This document shows positions 23,241 through 34,280 of a DNA stretch of 64,000 nucleotides, piece after piece. Position 1 is the first letter of the stretch. Every line of letters starts with the position of its first letter. Below the pieces are notes generated by a model. It was given only the letters and a program-made list of their open reading frames with translations. It did no database searches and was not told the origin of the DNA. This DNA is from a virus (taxonomy: Duplodnaviria; Heunggongvirae; Uroviricota; Caudoviricetes). Where the stretch lies: the IMG/VR virus record IMGVR_UViG_2703718774_000012; one strand, 5' to 3'. The translations under genes and the position numbers were made by a program.

Positions 23241-23478
23241 TAGTTTTGCCGCCGTTTCGTAATACGACTTTGGATTCACTATTTAATGTGTCTTCAGCGT
23301 TGTAGAGCGGCTCAGAAGGAAATGAGCAAACAGGGAAACCTTATACAACGGCATTACAGCTATGCATTGCTCATCTTACACACAGCGCAATGTTGTTAGA
23401 TTACCCCAGCATGGATCATGGGTGAAACAGTAGGTCAGAGCTTCAGGCTCTGTGTTGTCAATACAGTGAGGCATAATT

Positions 23479-23688
23479 ATGGCTTTCATTCCACCAACCA
23501 TCGACGACGTTAGACATTGCTCTAACGCTTTATCTGTAGACCCCGCCGAAACCGACGCTGCCCGCGCCATTGCTGAACACTACTCAAAGATATCCAATCA
23601 GGAGTACCGCATCACCCAAGACGACCTGGATGATCTCACTGACACAATCGAATATCTCATGGCCACTAACCAGCCAGACTCACAATAA
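23479..23688 (+). CDS. coi: Coi, C1 inactivator (69 aa)
   Basis: 69-aa ORF immediately upstream of c1; size and position as P1 coi. Confidence 0.8.
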   Translation: MAFIPPTIDDVRHCSNALSVDPAETDAARAIAEHYSKISNQEYRITQDDLDDLTDTIEYLMATNQPDSQ

Positions 23689-23704
23689 ATGCACTAATAA
23701 ATCT
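23688..23704 (+). promoter_or_regulatory. C1 operator-like site between coi and c1
   Basis: AATGCACTAATAAATCT, 14/17 to consensus. Confidence 0.45.
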
Positions 23705-23798
23705 ATTATTTTCGTTGGATCCTTCTATAATGGTGGCCAACAACTCCCAGTGTAATCCGCTGTGAGTTGTTGGCCATGTCAATTCTGGAGGAGGATCA

Positions 23799-24650
23799 AT
23801 GATAAATTATGTCTACGGCGAACAACTGTACCAGGAGTTCGTCAGCTTCAGGGATCTCTTTCTAAAAAAAGCTGTTGCACGCGCCCAACACGTTGATGCC
23901 GCCAGCGACGGTCGTCCTGTACGCCCGGTTGTCGTTCTGCCGTTCAAAGAAACTGACAGCATTCAGGCTGAAATTGATAAATGGACTTTAATGGCGCGGG
24001 AACTGGAACAGTACCCAGACCTCAATATCCCAAAGACTATTTTATATCCAGTGCCTAACATCCTTCGCGGTGTGCGTAAGGTTACGACTTATCAGACAGA
24101 AGCTGTGAACAGCGTCAACATGACCGCTGGCCGCATTATTCATCTGATTGATAAGGACATTCGCATCCAGAAAAGCGCAGGGATCAATGAGCACAGTGCG
24201 AAATACATAGAGAACCTGGAAGCAACAAAAGAGCTAATGAAGCAGTACCCGGAGGATGAAAAATTCCGTATGCGCGTACACGGCTTTAGCGAAACAATGC
24301 TGCGCGTCCATTACATTTCTAGTAGCCCTAACTACAATGATGGTAAATCAGTTAGTTACCATGTGCCGCTATGTGGTGTGTTTATCTGCGATGAAACTCT
24401 CCGTGATGGAATTATCATCAACGGTGAATTCGAGAAAGCAAAATTTAGCCTTTATGACTCTATAGAACCGATCATCTGCGACCGCTGGCCGCAGGCAAAA
24501 ATATATCGCCTGGCAGATATTGAAAATGTAAAAAAACAAATTGCCATCACTCGCGAAGAGAAAAAGGTCAAATCAGCCGCATCAGTTACGCGCAGCCGTA
24601 AAACTAAGAAAGGGCAGCCAGTAAACGACAACCCCGAAAGCGCGCAATAG
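23799..24650 (+). CDS. c1: C1 repressor of lytic functions (283 aa)
   Basis: MINYVYGEQLYQEFVSFRDLFLKKAVARAQ... matches recalled P1 C1; 283 aa. Confidence 0.95.
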   Translation: MINYVYGEQLYQEFVSFRDLFLKKAVARAQHVDAASDGRPVRPVVVLPFKETDSIQAEIDKWTLMARELEQYPDLNIPKTILYPVPNILRGVRKVTTYQTEAVNSVNMTAGRIIHLIDKDIRIQKSAGINEHSAKYIENLEATKELMKQYPEDEKFRMRVHGFSETMLRVHYISSSPNYNDGKSVSYHVPLCGVFICDETLRDGIIINGEFEKAKFSLYDSIEPIICDRWPQAKIYRLADIENVKKQIAITREEKKVKSAASVTRSRKTKKGQPVNDNPESAQ

Positions 24651-24674
24651 TTTCCATCCGGCATGGTCAATGAG

Positions 24675-26159
24675 TTATTCATTAAGCCATGCCAGAGCTT
24701 CATCAACCTGCGCTTCGTCTTCGACGCTAAGCACTTCATCCTGGGGAACATAATCCGCCAGCATAGCGAAACAATATGTATCCCAATGGTCTGGTGAGTG
24801 CAGGTTGAGTTTTTTCTTCATATCCTCCTTACTCATCACCTTCCATTGACCTGCGGAGTTAATCCCTACAGGGATTTTCGACGCTTCCTCAATAGTTTCA
24901 TTACCCTTATCCAGTCTCATACGACCAGATTTTACGGCCTCTGCGGCTTGAACGTTGGCATAAGCACGTTTATCAAAGTACAGGCTCTTATCTTCACGGC
25001 TATGCATCTTTTTACCCCAGCGTATACGCTGTACGGTAATACCATAATACTCGTACATCAGATCCGCCGTTGCTTTACCCAGCCCATCGCCGTCTATCGC
25101 TATGGTGATATTTGGGAATCGCTCAGGATTACATTCTGCGAAAATTTTGGCGGCAAGCTGCGTTTCTGTAACGTCTGTGTATTCCAGCATTCGATAGTTG
25201 ATTACACGGCGTTTATTTCTCTGGCCGGACACCATCATGATATTGATAACGGACTTATCCCGTCCCGTACCACCAGCAACGTCCACACATGCAAGCCAGC
25301 CCCATCCTTTGGCAATCTTGACTTTCCGCCGCGTCGCACGTTCAACCTCATCACGTCCAAGAAGGAAGCCATCCTGTGATTTAGGGAATAGTCCGCGTAC
25401 CTTAATCATGTACATAGGGTTATCACGCCCGCCGTACTCCGCCAGCTTCATTTTGATAAATGCTGGCGTTACCAGCGGTGATTCCTCACTGTTAAGCGTG
25501 ATCGCCGTATAAACGCCATCAGGGTTACCAGGACGCTTGGCCAGTTTATGGTGAGTATCGTAGAAATAGCCGCTTGGGCGTGTAGGCTGTGACAGTAATA
25601 AGATGCGGTTATCCTGTCCGGTAAGAGCACCAGTGATGATACCGAAAGCTCTATCACTGACACCGGAGGCTTCATCGATAATATACAGAAGATGATCTGC
25701 GTGTTCACCGGCGAGAGCTTCTTCACTTCCCAGACGAAAGCCCTTCGGTACTACAGTCCATACACCTTTACCAGTAACCTCATAGAAAGCGGTTTCTGTC
25801 AGAACAAAATAATCAGCAAGCCATGGAAAACGGCTGGTGGCAGTAGCCCAGTTTATCTTGATGTACTTGAATATACCGGTCATTACCTGCTGAATTTTGT
25901 TCGCAACGATAATGGCGCGGGCACCGGGATACATGATTATGAACAACATGATCATGATAGAAGTCATGTCTGATTTCCCGGTACCGTGACCAGACGAAAC
26001 AGATGTCTTGCTACCCTGTTCCTGCACAGACTCAATAATCAGATCCTGCTGCCAGGTAGGTGTTTTGCCGAACAAAACATCAGCGGCAGCAATCCAGTCA
26101 TAACGATATAGCGCCACCAGCTCGCGCCAACGTGGATCCGTTACGCAACTTCTGGCCAT
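24675..26159 (-). CDS. pacB: PacB packaging (terminase) subunit-like (494 aa)
   Basis: 494 aa, start overlaps pacA stop; size and position as P1 pacB. Confidence 0.85.
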   Translation of the reverse strand: MARSCVTDPRWRELVALYRYDWIAAADVLFGKTPTWQQDLIIESVQEQGSKTSVSSGHGTGKSDMTSIMIMLFIIMYPGARAIIVANKIQQVMTGIFKYIKINWATATSRFPWLADYFVLTETAFYEVTGKGVWTVVPKGFRLGSEEALAGEHADHLLYIIDEASGVSDRAFGIITGALTGQDNRILLLSQPTRPSGYFYDTHHKLAKRPGNPDGVYTAITLNSEESPLVTPAFIKMKLAEYGGRDNPMYMIKVRGLFPKSQDGFLLGRDEVERATRRKVKIAKGWGWLACVDVAGGTGRDKSVINIMMVSGQRNKRRVINYRMLEYTDVTETQLAAKIFAECNPERFPNITIAIDGDGLGKATADLMYEYYGITVQRIRWGKKMHSREDKSLYFDKRAYANVQAAEAVKSGRMRLDKGNETIEEASKIPVGINSAGQWKVMSKEDMKKKLNLHSPDHWDTYCFAMLADYVPQDEVLSVEDEAQVDEALAWLNE

Positions 26160-27352
26160 TAATCATCATCCCCGTATAGCTTGCGGGTAACTTCTTCGTC
26201 TTCCTCCTCGTCTTCGTCCAGGTCTTGTTCCAGCCATGGGTCGTTTGGTACACCTTCAGTATCAACATCTCCATAACCGCCTGTATCAACGATATCGGCG
26301 ATTTCTTCCCTACGCTGCTCAATCCACAATGCGGCATCGGCGCGGCGGTTGGCGGCCCGTTCTCGCGCAACTTTGTCCAGATCTTCAAGAGAAGGGCCAC
26401 CGACGGCTGTTTGCCTTTCCTCATCATCGGTATTGGTCTTAGGAGCACGCAGATCGGCTTTGATTTGCTCCAGCATCAGGGGCGGCACTTTTCCGCCATG
26501 CGCCTCGATGAATTCAGCTGCTTCCAGCACTGACCAGTTATTTTCACGCTTTCGTTCGTATGCCAGCTTAACAATGCCAGCTTGCCCCATAGATAAAGCG
26601 TGCTTTTCCGCCTCCCGGCTTTCTTTTCGATAGTTATTCCGGATGCTGTAAATGGTGTTGATCAGGCTGCTTATCTGCGCGGAACAGCTGTTTAGCATGC
26701 TCGCGATACGATATTCAGGCGGAGTCCCTTCATCATCGTCTTTTTGCTGATCGCGCATTTCCTGCACCAGACGAATACACGTATCCCTGGCGTTCTCCAG
26801 CATAAGGAGATGAGAAAGAGACTTTTCCAGAAGAGTGGTTTCCAGAACATCGGCCCCGGACCGACGCAACATAGCGCGCGCGGCCTTCCGCGCTTCAACG
26901 TTATCTATCAGGTAATCGCCAGCTTCGAATTCAAAGCGTTCACCATCATCATCCAGGGTGTCGCGTTCCAGGCGATCACGTAAGGTCCGGTGGGCGCGGG
27001 TGATCACGTCATGATCATCAGAACGATCATTTATGCGCTTATTTTGGCGCTTCGCATTCTCGACTGCGGCACTGACAACGGCATTAACCCTTTGTTTTTC
27101 CGTTATTTCAGCCGCAATGTGATCACCTGCATGTTGATCATTAGAGTGATCAATGATCATGCTTTTTAGTGGCTTCCTGACTGGCTTATTTGGCTTGCGG
27201 CTGTCCGCTGTCCTGGTGTCTTCTTTGAAGGCACGGAGATAACGACGTGCAGTATTAGGGTTAAGATTAAACTCGGCGGCATACTGTGCGATGGTGTAAC
27301 CACCATCTCGCGCCAGGCGAGCAAAATTCTTCTTGTGATCGTCCCAGGTCAC
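26159..27352 (-). CDS. pacA: PacA pacase subunit (397 aa); contains the pac site
   Basis: 397 aa; GTG start with RBS AAGGAAG; TGATCA hexamer clusters in the 5' part; acidic C-terminus. Confidence 0.85.
   Translation of the reverse strand: MTWDDHKKNFARLARDGGYTIAQYAAEFNLNPNTARRYLRAFKEDTRTADSRKPNKPVRKPLKSMIIDHSNDQHAGDHIAAEITEKQRVNAVVSAAVENAKRQNKRINDRSDDHDVITRAHRTLRDRLERDTLDDDGERFEFEAGDYLIDNVEARKAARAMLRRSGADVLETTLLEKSLSHLLMLENARDTCIRLVQEMRDQQKDDDEGTPPEYRIASMLNSCSAQISSLINTIYSIRNNYRKESREAEKHALSMGQAGIVKLAYERKRENNWSVLEAAEFIEAHGGKVPPLMLEQIKADLRAPKTNTDDEERQTAVGGPSLEDLDKVARERAANRRADAALWIEQRREEIADIVDTGGYGDVDTEGVPNDPWLEQDLDEDEEEDEEVTRKLYGDDD
26973..27159. other. pac: pac packaging site (two clusters of TGATCA/CGATCA hexamers)
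   Basis: Hexamers at 26973, 27001, 27012, 27024 and at 27120, 27135, 27147, 27154. Confidence 0.8.
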
Positions 27353-27437
27353 TTATGCTTCCTTTCGTAAAAACTCTTTTTGACGCGAGGGTAACGAAAG
27401 TCACATGTCAAAAGGCCCGGAACGGGCAAGCAATCAA

Positions 27438-27890
27438 TCAGATACGTGCGGATGTGGCATTACCGTAATGACGGTGCTGACGGGCCACCTTATTGAAAAG
27501 TTGACGCGCCATTACCCAAGGCTGGTGCTCCCGGCGTTCCTTTTCGTCCTGCGTCATATAGAGTTCGTTCTGGAGTTTTTCATCAAACCGGCGCGGAGCG
27601 CGGCTACGGCGAAAGAATTCAGGATTCAGAGAGTGGATCTGAAATCTACGTGGGCGTGTACTGTCATCAATCAAAACAGACGAATACTTAGACACAGCGA
27701 TAGCCTTTAAGCGCAGATAAACATCGCGCTTATCGACATCCAGATGCGGGTATTCCTTTTCAAGAATTGCTGCGAGTTCTTTCGCTGATAGAAGAGATTT
27801 AGTGCGGATCATGTAATCCGCAATCTCGTACGATGTTATTCGTGAGTGATTTATTTCCATGAAGTGGCGTCCCTGCCAGTTAAGTAACAT
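27438..27890 (-). CDS. lpa: Lpa late-promoter activator (150 aa)
   Basis: 150-aa ORF upstream of pacA with a C1 operator-like site upstream; matches P1 lpa in size and position. Confidence 0.8.
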   Translation of the reverse strand: MLLNWQGRHFMEINHSRITSYEIADYMIRTKSLLSAKELAAILEKEYPHLDVDKRDVYLRLKAIAVSKYSSVLIDDSTRPRRFQIHSLNPEFFRRSRAPRRFDEKLQNELYMTQDEKERREHQPWVMARQLFNKVARQHRHYGNATSARI

Positions 27891-27960
27891 CCTGTCACCT
27901 ACTGATTAGCCCATGTCAACTAATCAACGTGGAATATAATACCCTCGATTAAAGAAATAG

Positions 27961-27977
27961 CAATACATTAGAGCAAT
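27961..27977 (-). promoter_or_regulatory. C1 operator-like site upstream of lpa
   Basis: CAATACATTAGAGCAAT, 14/17 to consensus. Confidence 0.55.
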
Positions 27978-27978
27978 T

Positions 27979-29022
27979 TTATCTAACGCTCGACGAGTGA
28001 CTTGTGATAGCGCCGACTCCAAGCGCGTAATCAAAGAACAATCGTTGATGCATCGCCAGCCTACCGTGCGTCTTCTCCCAATTATCGCGGTCACGCTCAA
28101 TATCACGCTGGCATGACTGGCACAGAGGAATTGCGTAAATGTCATGCGCGCATAATCGACTATGACGAACGATATAAGGCGTAATGTGAGCGCCAGCTCC
28201 CGCAGCTCCACACCCACAGCATGGACGGGAAGCAACAAAGTCCATGTACTCAGGTAATTTTAGCGATTGCAGTTTTGGTATTTTGAAATGCGCCATGCCA
28301 GGGTCGGAGTCAACATCCACAGGGCATACTTTTGCACGCATCGGCGCGGCGCGTTCTTCCATCATCTGAACATATGCTGTAGCGCGATCGTCATACGGGC
28401 GAATATCCGCCTCTTTCAGAGGTCCGCTATCCTGCGTTGCGGCTTTCATCTTATTTATTGATATACGGCAAACTTCTTCCGGCATCAGGTGCATCATGTT
28501 GCGCATGAAAGCCCACCAGCACAGTTCCTGAATACTTAAATCATGGCCATCTGAAAGCCCCATTTCCTGACGGGCGACATCCAGTATCCAGTTAACGCGA
28601 TTATTATGCAGCGTTTCTTTCAGCTCATTAAAACCACGCATCCGGTAATGGTTATCGTGATGCCAGCACAACAACACCGCGCTATTGTCTCGTTCTGCGT
28701 GGACAATATGGTTGTCACACCAGCTACGATCTGCGGCCTGGCATTGCCCCTCTTTCCTGCGCAACCACGCCACCAGCGCGTCAATTCCACCAATACGGCG
28801 AAACAGTTCATCGCTGTTAAAAAACGGCTGCAACGCCTCATTTGTTGCCATAGTTTGCTCGGAAACAACGAGGCCGTCGTCCATGTGCTCGATTAACTCA
28901 CGCGGCACCGGCTCCATAATAAATTTACGGCCAGCCTCCACCAGCTTTCTGACTTCCTGATCCACTTTGAATGTGGCGACGCCAAGCTCTTTTTGTACAA
29001 AGGGAGTAATTACGGCTTTCAC
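27979..29022 (-). CDS. Cys-rich hypothetical protein (347 aa), downstream of doc
   Basis: ORF track; cysteine cluster CCGCG...CAHD...CQSCQ. Confidence 0.65.
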   Translation of the reverse strand: MKAVITPFVQKELGVATFKVDQEVRKLVEAGRKFIMEPVPRELIEHMDDGLVVSEQTMATNEALQPFFNSDELFRRIGGIDALVAWLRRKEGQCQAADRSWCDNHIVHAERDNSAVLLCWHHDNHYRMRGFNELKETLHNNRVNWILDVARQEMGLSDGHDLSIQELCWWAFMRNMMHLMPEEVCRISINKMKAATQDSGPLKEADIRPYDDRATAYVQMMEERAAPMRAKVCPVDVDSDPGMAHFKIPKLQSLKLPEYMDFVASRPCCGCGAAGAGAHITPYIVRHSRLCAHDIYAIPLCQSCQRDIERDRDNWEKTHGRLAMHQRLFFDYALGVGAITSHSSSVR

Positions 29023-29049
29023 ATCACACCTTTCATCACTGATTGGGCT

Positions 29050-29250
29050 TTATCTGCTGCCCGGCATTCTCTGTTTAAGCACAACCATTTCCTGACGGCA
29101 TAACACAGCAATAGCGGTCCTGGCACCAATTTGCTTACCAACCAGGTATTGCTTTACCTCGCGGCGACTCACGCCATCAAGAAGCATCTTTAACGCTTCA
29201 CGGGACAATTTGTTGTATTTACGTGCCATTAATCTACTCCGCGGAACCAT
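29050..29250 (-). CDS. small hypothetical protein (66 aa) overlapping doc 3' end
   Basis: ORF track only. Confidence 0.35.
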
Positions 29251-29614
29251 ACAATCTACGTAACGTGTCGGCGACAGAAGATACAGATATCTCTCCGGTC
29301 GCAGCCCCTACGGTAAGGTCTGCCAGTTCAGGTGTATCAAATACCTGCACCCCGTTACGGCGTAGAAATAACAGCGCACTGTTTAGCGCGGTACGCTTAT
29401 TGGCATCATTGAATATATGCCCTCTCGCTGTAGCCACCAGGTAGGTGGCGGAGACTTCGAAAAGGTCGCTGATCTCTTCGTAGGCAACTCTGGCCTGAAC
29501 TCTCCCGATAATGGCCTCTGCCCTACCCGGATCTGACATTCCCGGCAGGCCACCGTAGCGGCTTATATTCGCATCATGAAGCGCAATAAGTTCTTCCGGT
29601 GATATATGCCTCAT
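29234..29614 (-). CDS. doc: Doc toxin (126 aa)
   Basis: [25 protein letters not shown]... matches recalled P1 Doc; start overlaps phd stop. Confidence 0.95.
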
Positions 29615-29835
29615 TATCGGTTAACCAGTTCCTTGTTGGTGGAGTCCAGGGTGTCAAACAGGGATGCAAATTCGGCATCCAGCGCCGCTTTTTTGTAGGC
29701 TTCAAAAGTAGCCTTGCTAACAATTACTGCTGGCTCACGGCCTCTGCGGGTGATTTCAACCTCTTCCCCGGCTTCAACATTGTTGAGCACTTCAGAAAGG
29801 TTGCCGCGCGCGGTACGGAAGTTAATGGATTGCAT
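29614..29835 (-). CDS. phd: Phd antitoxin (73 aa)
   Basis: [39 protein letters not shown]...; start at ATG 29835. Confidence 0.93.
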
Positions 29836-29943
29836 AAACACCTCGTGTGCTCGTTATGTGTACGCAATTATAGGTTTTAATGATGCTGAATACCACTTCT
29901 TGGTGCCTTAAATCCTCGAGATGCAGTCTTGCAATTGCTGGGA

Positions 29944-30366
29944 TTAAGCAGAATAAGTGGTTGGAATTCTGAGCAGTAATCCAATCTTGGCTATGTGCTC
30001 ATATGGCAGCTCTCCGGTTTTACCGTCATGTATCGAGGCTATCAGATTCAATTCTTGCGCCGCTTTACGAATTTCAGTTTCTGATGGAACAAGGCGAAAA
30101 CCGATGTGTAACATTTTGATATAGAAAGGTAATAGTTCGTACTTCACCCGTAACTGTGCTGCCGCATCTTTCAAATCATGGATGATTTCTTGTTTTAAGT
30201 CAGAGCGGGGATTCGATAGCTTTGCTTGGTTAGACAATAACAGATGCGATATTTCCCCCAACTGTTCCTTGAATGAAATGTAAGACTCAACCCCCTTGAT
30301 GATGAGTCGACCTAGGACAAAAACGCTTACTCCAGTGACAACAGTGACAAAAGCAGACGAACTCAT
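29944..30366 (-). CDS. membrane-anchored hypothetical protein (140 aa)
   Basis: N-terminal TM helix SSAFVTVVTGVSVFVLGRLII; GC about 41%. Confidence 0.6.
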   Translation of the reverse strand: MSSSAFVTVVTGVSVFVLGRLIIKGVESYISFKEQLGEISHLLLSNQAKLSNPRSDLKQEIIHDLKDAAAQLRVKYELLPFYIKMLHIGFRLVPSETEIRKAAQELNLIASIHDGKTGELPYEHIAKIGLLLRIPTTYSA

Positions 30367-30500
30367 TCGCGTACCTAAAAAGAGAATTATAACCTCATCT
30401 TATCTTCAAGTGAGTAACCGCGTCTAATGGGAGTAATCATTTAAATGGCCAGGGCGATATAGATCCAGTCATGCCTCTCTATGGTTTCTCTGAAAACAAA

Positions 30501-30890
30501 TCATATAGCAGGACTATCATCAAATTCACCGCCCCTGGCGTCATTGATAATGTGGGTGATCACACCAAAAACAGCATTACTGCCCGTGTATCCATCGTCA
30601 TCTACTGGTAACGCCTCTTTCTTCCCGGTGCTTAAATCCTCCAGGTGCTGGCGCGGATACTTTCGGTATCTCTTTATGCGATATTCACCCTCCATAGCGC
30701 AGACAAGCAGCGAACCATCAACCGGAGTAAGCGAGGAATCAACCACCAGCAAAGCACCCTGCAATATTCCCTCACGGTGATGGCTGTCTGCCGCCCGCAT
30801 GAAGTAGGTCGCTGATGGATGCCTGATTAGTTGCTGATCAAGAGAAATTCTGCTTTCAACATAATCCGCCGCAGGAGAAGGGAAGCCCAT
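30501..30890 (-). CDS. humD: UmuD-like SOS mutagenesis protein
   Basis: UmuD/LexA-type peptidase-like sequence; LexA box directly upstream. Confidence 0.8.
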   Translation of the reverse strand: MGFPSPAADYVESRISLDQQLIRHPSATYFMRAADSHHREGILQGALLVVDSSLTPVDGSLLVCAMEGEYRIKRYRKYPRQHLEDLSTGKKEALPVDDDGYTGSNAVFGVITHIINDARGGEFDDSPAI

Positions 30891-30911
30891 AGCGTTTTCA
30901 CCTCAATAATA

Positions 30912-30927
30912 CTGTTCATTTATACAG
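30912..30927. promoter_or_regulatory. LexA (SOS) box upstream of humD
   Basis: CTGTTCATTTATACAG fits CTGT-N8-ACAG. Confidence 0.8.
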
Positions 30928-31011
30928 TATACATTAAAGAGACACCTTTGGTGCAAACTCGTTATGTACACCAACCACCGCAGATGATTTTGTGCGCTTT
31001 GCTACTATTCA

Positions 31012-31290
31012 TCACCAATGGATCAGCGTAATCTCATTGCCAATCTGCAGAATTTTATCCACCAGCGATGTGATTTTTTCTGCCAGGTCATCATTACTTA
31101 CCCAATCCTGGCGGGCAGCCAGAACGGGCGACAAGGCTAATATTAACTCTCGTCGTAATGATACGTTCCTTGCTACAGGCGGAATACGTGGTGCTGGTGG
31201 TGGTTTAAGCCCCTCGCTCCCCTGTATTTCTGGAGTATTCGGCTGATAGCCATTAGTTATTTTCGGCGGTATTGGACGAGGACGAAACAT
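31012..31290 (-). CDS. hypothetical Pro-rich protein (about 92 aa)
   Basis: Track ORF 31012..31410; likely start at internal ATG 31290 just after the stop of the upstream gene. Confidence 0.4.
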   Translation of the reverse strand: MFRPRPIPPKITNGYQPNTPEIQGSEGLKPPPAPRIPPVARNVSLRRELILALSPVLAARQDWVSNDDLAEKITSLVDKILQIGNEITLIHW

Positions 31291-31294
31291 CGCG

Positions 31295-31579
31295 CTACCT
31301 CCTACACTCAGGGCAGGTGTTCCCTTCCGCAAAGTAGGGGAAACTGCTATCAAGTTCATCACACCATCTGCGATGCTCGTAGCACCAAAAAGCCTCCCAC
31401 GGTAAACCAAAAGACTTCATCCACCGGGACACTCGATCTGGTATATCTGCTGGTGGCAGTTCTTCTGGCAAGAATTTGCCTGATAATTCCCTTTCCGCCC
31501 GTGCCAGCATTCCTTTTAGACTCGCATTCTCTTTTTCAAGAATCTCTATGCGCGCCTGTAACTCAGCTTTCGTTGGCAT
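31295..31579 (-). CDS. hypothetical protein with C-terminal CxxC pair (about 94 aa)
   Basis: Track ORF 31295..31660; likely start at ATG 31579. Confidence 0.4.
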   Translation of the reverse strand: MPTKAELQARIEILEKENASLKGMLARAERELSGKFLPEELPPADIPDRVSRWMKSFGLPWEAFWCYEHRRWCDELDSSFPYFAEGNTCPECRR

Positions 31580-32243
31580 GGTCCGCCTCATGCTTTTCAG
31601 CCACCAGCGGCAATAAAGCCCTGGCCATCTTATGAACCAACAGAGCATCGATAATGCCAAGCGTATGCCCCGGCTTAATGTTTAATGCCGCCTCAAGGTG
31701 ACACCTTTCCAGGTCACTTTTCTCGGCTTGTTTATGATGATCTGGCGTAATAACGTCGCCCAAAACACGGCTAATTCTTTCTCGTAATTGCCGGGTGCCT
31801 GCACACTTGATCGCTGTATCGTGGAGACGGTTAACCAGTTCGCGATAAACATGCGGCTTAATGCGGATACGTTCACCGGTGACGCCCTTTCCTGGCGCTG
31901 GCACCGAACTATCCGGAATATCCGGATAGTTGCCAGCCTCGTAAGCTACCCGCAGCCAGTGCATGAATGTTTCAGTAGACACACAACCACAGTCCACATC
32001 GATTTTTCCGCGTTGCTGTTCCAGCCACTGCTCAAAATTCAATCTACACGTATTACTTTCATGTTGCTCTTTTTGTCTTAAGGCCAGCACCTGTTGGGCC
32101 AGTTCCAGAACGATACCGGGTGACGCTAACCTCTCAAATTCCAATAAATAGTTTGCGTCAGGATGACAAGTAGCCTCGCCTGCAAAAAATACCAATTGCT
32201 GTAAGTATGCTGTCGTTAGAGTAGTCATTTCTTTTTGCGCCAT
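31563..32243 (-). CDS. hypothetical protein (226 aa)
   Basis: ORF track; part of a long leftward operon. Confidence 0.6.
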   Translation of the reverse strand: MAQKEMTTLTTAYLQQLVFFAGEATCHPDANYLLEFERLASPGIVLELAQQVLALRQKEQHESNTCRLNFEQWLEQQRGKIDVDCGCVSTETFMHWLRVAYEAGNYPDIPDSSVPAPGKGVTGERIRIKPHVYRELVNRLHDTAIKCAGTRQLRERISRVLGDVITPDHHKQAEKSDLERCHLEAALNIKPGHTLGIIDALLVHKMARALLPLVAEKHEADHANES

Positions 32244-32599
32244 TTCTTTTCACATTCCTTAGTCCATTTTTCAATGTTCATTTTGGCAATATCAGTCATT
32301 CCATCACCTAAGAAATACTTTTTCCGGTACGTCTTGCACTTAAACCACACTACAACAGCCACCAGCCAGAAAATAAAAGGCCATACAGCAATACCAACTC
32401 CAGCCGCGATAAAGCCCAATAGCCATAAATGAAGCTCTCCAACTTCTGTTTGCGGCAATATTCTTAAAGAATTAAACAGCAGGCTGAACGAATGGTCGTA
32501 TGCATTGGCAGTATAAGACATGCAATCCATATAATTAAAGTCATAGCCTGCGGCTGCCGCCCATAATGGGCGGTCAAGAAAATGTTTTAGTGTCATCAT
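32225..32599 (-). CDS. hypothetical membrane protein (124 aa)
   Basis: ORF track; hydrophobic core LWLLGFIAAGVGIAVWPFIFWLVAVVVWF. Confidence 0.55.
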   Translation of the reverse strand: MMTLKHFLDRPLWAAAAGYDFNYMDCMSYTANAYDHSFSLLFNSLRILPQTEVGELHLWLLGFIAAGVGIAVWPFIFWLVAVVVWFKCKTYRKKYFLGDGMTDIAKMNIEKWTKECEKKWRKKK

Positions 32600-32605
32600 A
32601 TAAAT

Positions 32606-32986
32606 TTAAGGTTCAGACCAGTTATCTTCAATAGCAATGCTTAATCTTTGTAGCCATTCTGCTAATTTCAGCATTGCTTCTCTTTCGCTTAAACCACGAG
32701 GAAAATCATCAAGCGATATTGTTGGCTTGAAGCCCCCGTAATTATCCATTTCAACGGTCAGATTTTGCTCCAGTACGGTATTCCTTACGCGGCTATTGTG
32801 GCGAAGCAAATATACTGAACGTGATTTATTGGTTTTGTGGTCGAGCTGATATTCGGTAAGTATCATCTGGCTTTTTCCATGACTATTACCTCTCCACATA
32901 CTTACCCCACTTAATAAAACAACTCCATACGTAGTTGATGATTTTTCCCCACGTAATATAAATATGCACTCCAGCAGAAAAACCAA
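32606..32986 (-). CDS. hypothetical protein (126 aa)
   Basis: ORF track. Confidence 0.5.
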   Translation of the reverse strand: MVFLLECIFILRGEKSSTTYGVVLLSGVSMWRGNSHGKSQMILTEYQLDHKTNKSRSVYLLRHNSRVRNTVLEQNLTVEMDNYGGFKPTISLDDFPRGLSEREAMLKLAEWLQRLSIAIEDNWSEP

Positions 32987-33077
32987 AACCTACAATTACT
33001 GAAAAAATCAAAACATTTACTTTTGACATTATAAAACTTCTCTCTGTGTCGTAGGTGATAGAACCATAATTGATAAT

Positions 33078-33329
33078 TTAGTGAGTTAGCAGTTCCATTT
33101 TTTTGATGATTTCCGCATGAGCATCATCGTTATCAACACTTAGCTCGTTTAATGCTTCTCGCACTACATCAACTTCTTCTGGTTGGAAGAAATCATCTCG
33201 GTAGTCACCAAATAGAACCGAAACAAGCCTGCCACCGGCAACATCAAGATTGGCGCTAACAGGTGGCTCTTTACCATCCTCAAATTCGACTACAAAAGTT
33301 ATTTTTCCCATCGTTACCACCAGCGACAA
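33078..33329 (-). CDS. hypothetical protein (83 aa)
   Basis: ORF track. Confidence 0.5.
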   Translation of the reverse strand: MSLVVTMGKITFVVEFEDGKEPPVSANLDVAGGRLVSVLFGDYRDDFFQPEEVDVVREALNELSVDNDDAHAEIIKKMELLTH

Positions 33330-33393
33330 ATTGAATACAAACCCAGTGCTGCCGCCATCACAATTCCTACCGTGGTGAATGCTTCAGGCCAGG

Positions 33394-33738
33394 TCATCGT
33401 AAAACATCCTCTGCGCTTATCAGTCCGTTTCGCTTCAGGTAGTCCATCGCCTTACCCGGCAATTTACAGTCCGGCTTCGTTTTCCTCAGTTGCCAGGTTA
33501 ACTGCTTTACCAGCATGGTTAACTCGTCGACCAGACGCTGATGTCCCACTGGTTTGTATTCATGCAATTTACCGGCTGGCTCTGCTGCCAGCGATGCCAG
33601 TGCGATTTCCAGAACAGCAATATCCATCTTATATGTGCGGATGATGTCATGGTCGATTGTGCCCGGTATACACAGTCTCTGTGCTTCAATAGTCTCCTCT
33701 GCGTGAGCTATTAACTGCTCTCTGGTAATAGTGGTCAT
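33394..33738 (-). CDS. hypothetical protein (114 aa)
   Basis: ORF track; start overlaps stop of upstream gene. Confidence 0.55.
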   Translation of the reverse strand: MTTITREQLIAHAEETIEAQRLCIPGTIDHDIIRTYKMDIAVLEIALASLAAEPAGKLHEYKPVGHQRLVDELTMLVKQLTWQLRKTKPDCKLPGKAMDYLKRNGLISAEDVLR

Positions 33739-34280
33739 GCCGCGTTTCCTTCTTTCTTATTAACAATTACACCGTCATATATTTCATTAAGGTGCCCTCT
33801 CAACTCCATGCGCCTTAATGCAGACAACATGTAATCGCATTCAACCTGCTTATTTCCAGTAAATGGCTTATCGTCAGGATTACCCCAACAGCAATTACCC
33901 TTGGGCCACCCATGTACTTTCCGTACTCTTCCGTTAACAACGTGAAGTAATCCCCAGCCAGGTGGTAAATCCTCAACTGAAATAATTCCCGGCTCACTAA
34001 TAAAGAATCGCCAGTCGCCCATGCCAAGTGAGGGATTTTTACGGAAACGCTTTTTTCTATCTGCCAACAAGTCAGCACGAGAACATTTCGCCTCTATCAG
34101 GCATGATGCTGAATTTCTGAATCCCATAGCATCTGGCTGTTCTCCGGTACTGGTTACAGCTATAAAGCGGTCATGAAAACAAACCTTGAACCCGTTGCGC
34201 TTAAGGAACTTGTACGCAATCTGACAGAGTTCGCGGTGTGTTAACGCCATATCACTCTCCTTTGATGCGAATGCCAGCAA
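33735..34280 (-). CDS. hypothetical protein (181 aa)
   Basis: ORF track. Confidence 0.55.
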   Translation of the reverse strand: MLAFASKESDMALTHRELCQIAYKFLKRNGFKVCFHDRFIAVTSTGEQPDAMGFRNSASCLIEAKCSRADLLADRKKRFRKNPSLGMGDWRFFISEPGIISVEDLPPGWGLLHVVNGRVRKVHGWPKGNCCWGNPDDKPFTGNKQVECDYMLSALRRMELRGHLNEIYDGVIVNKKEGNAA

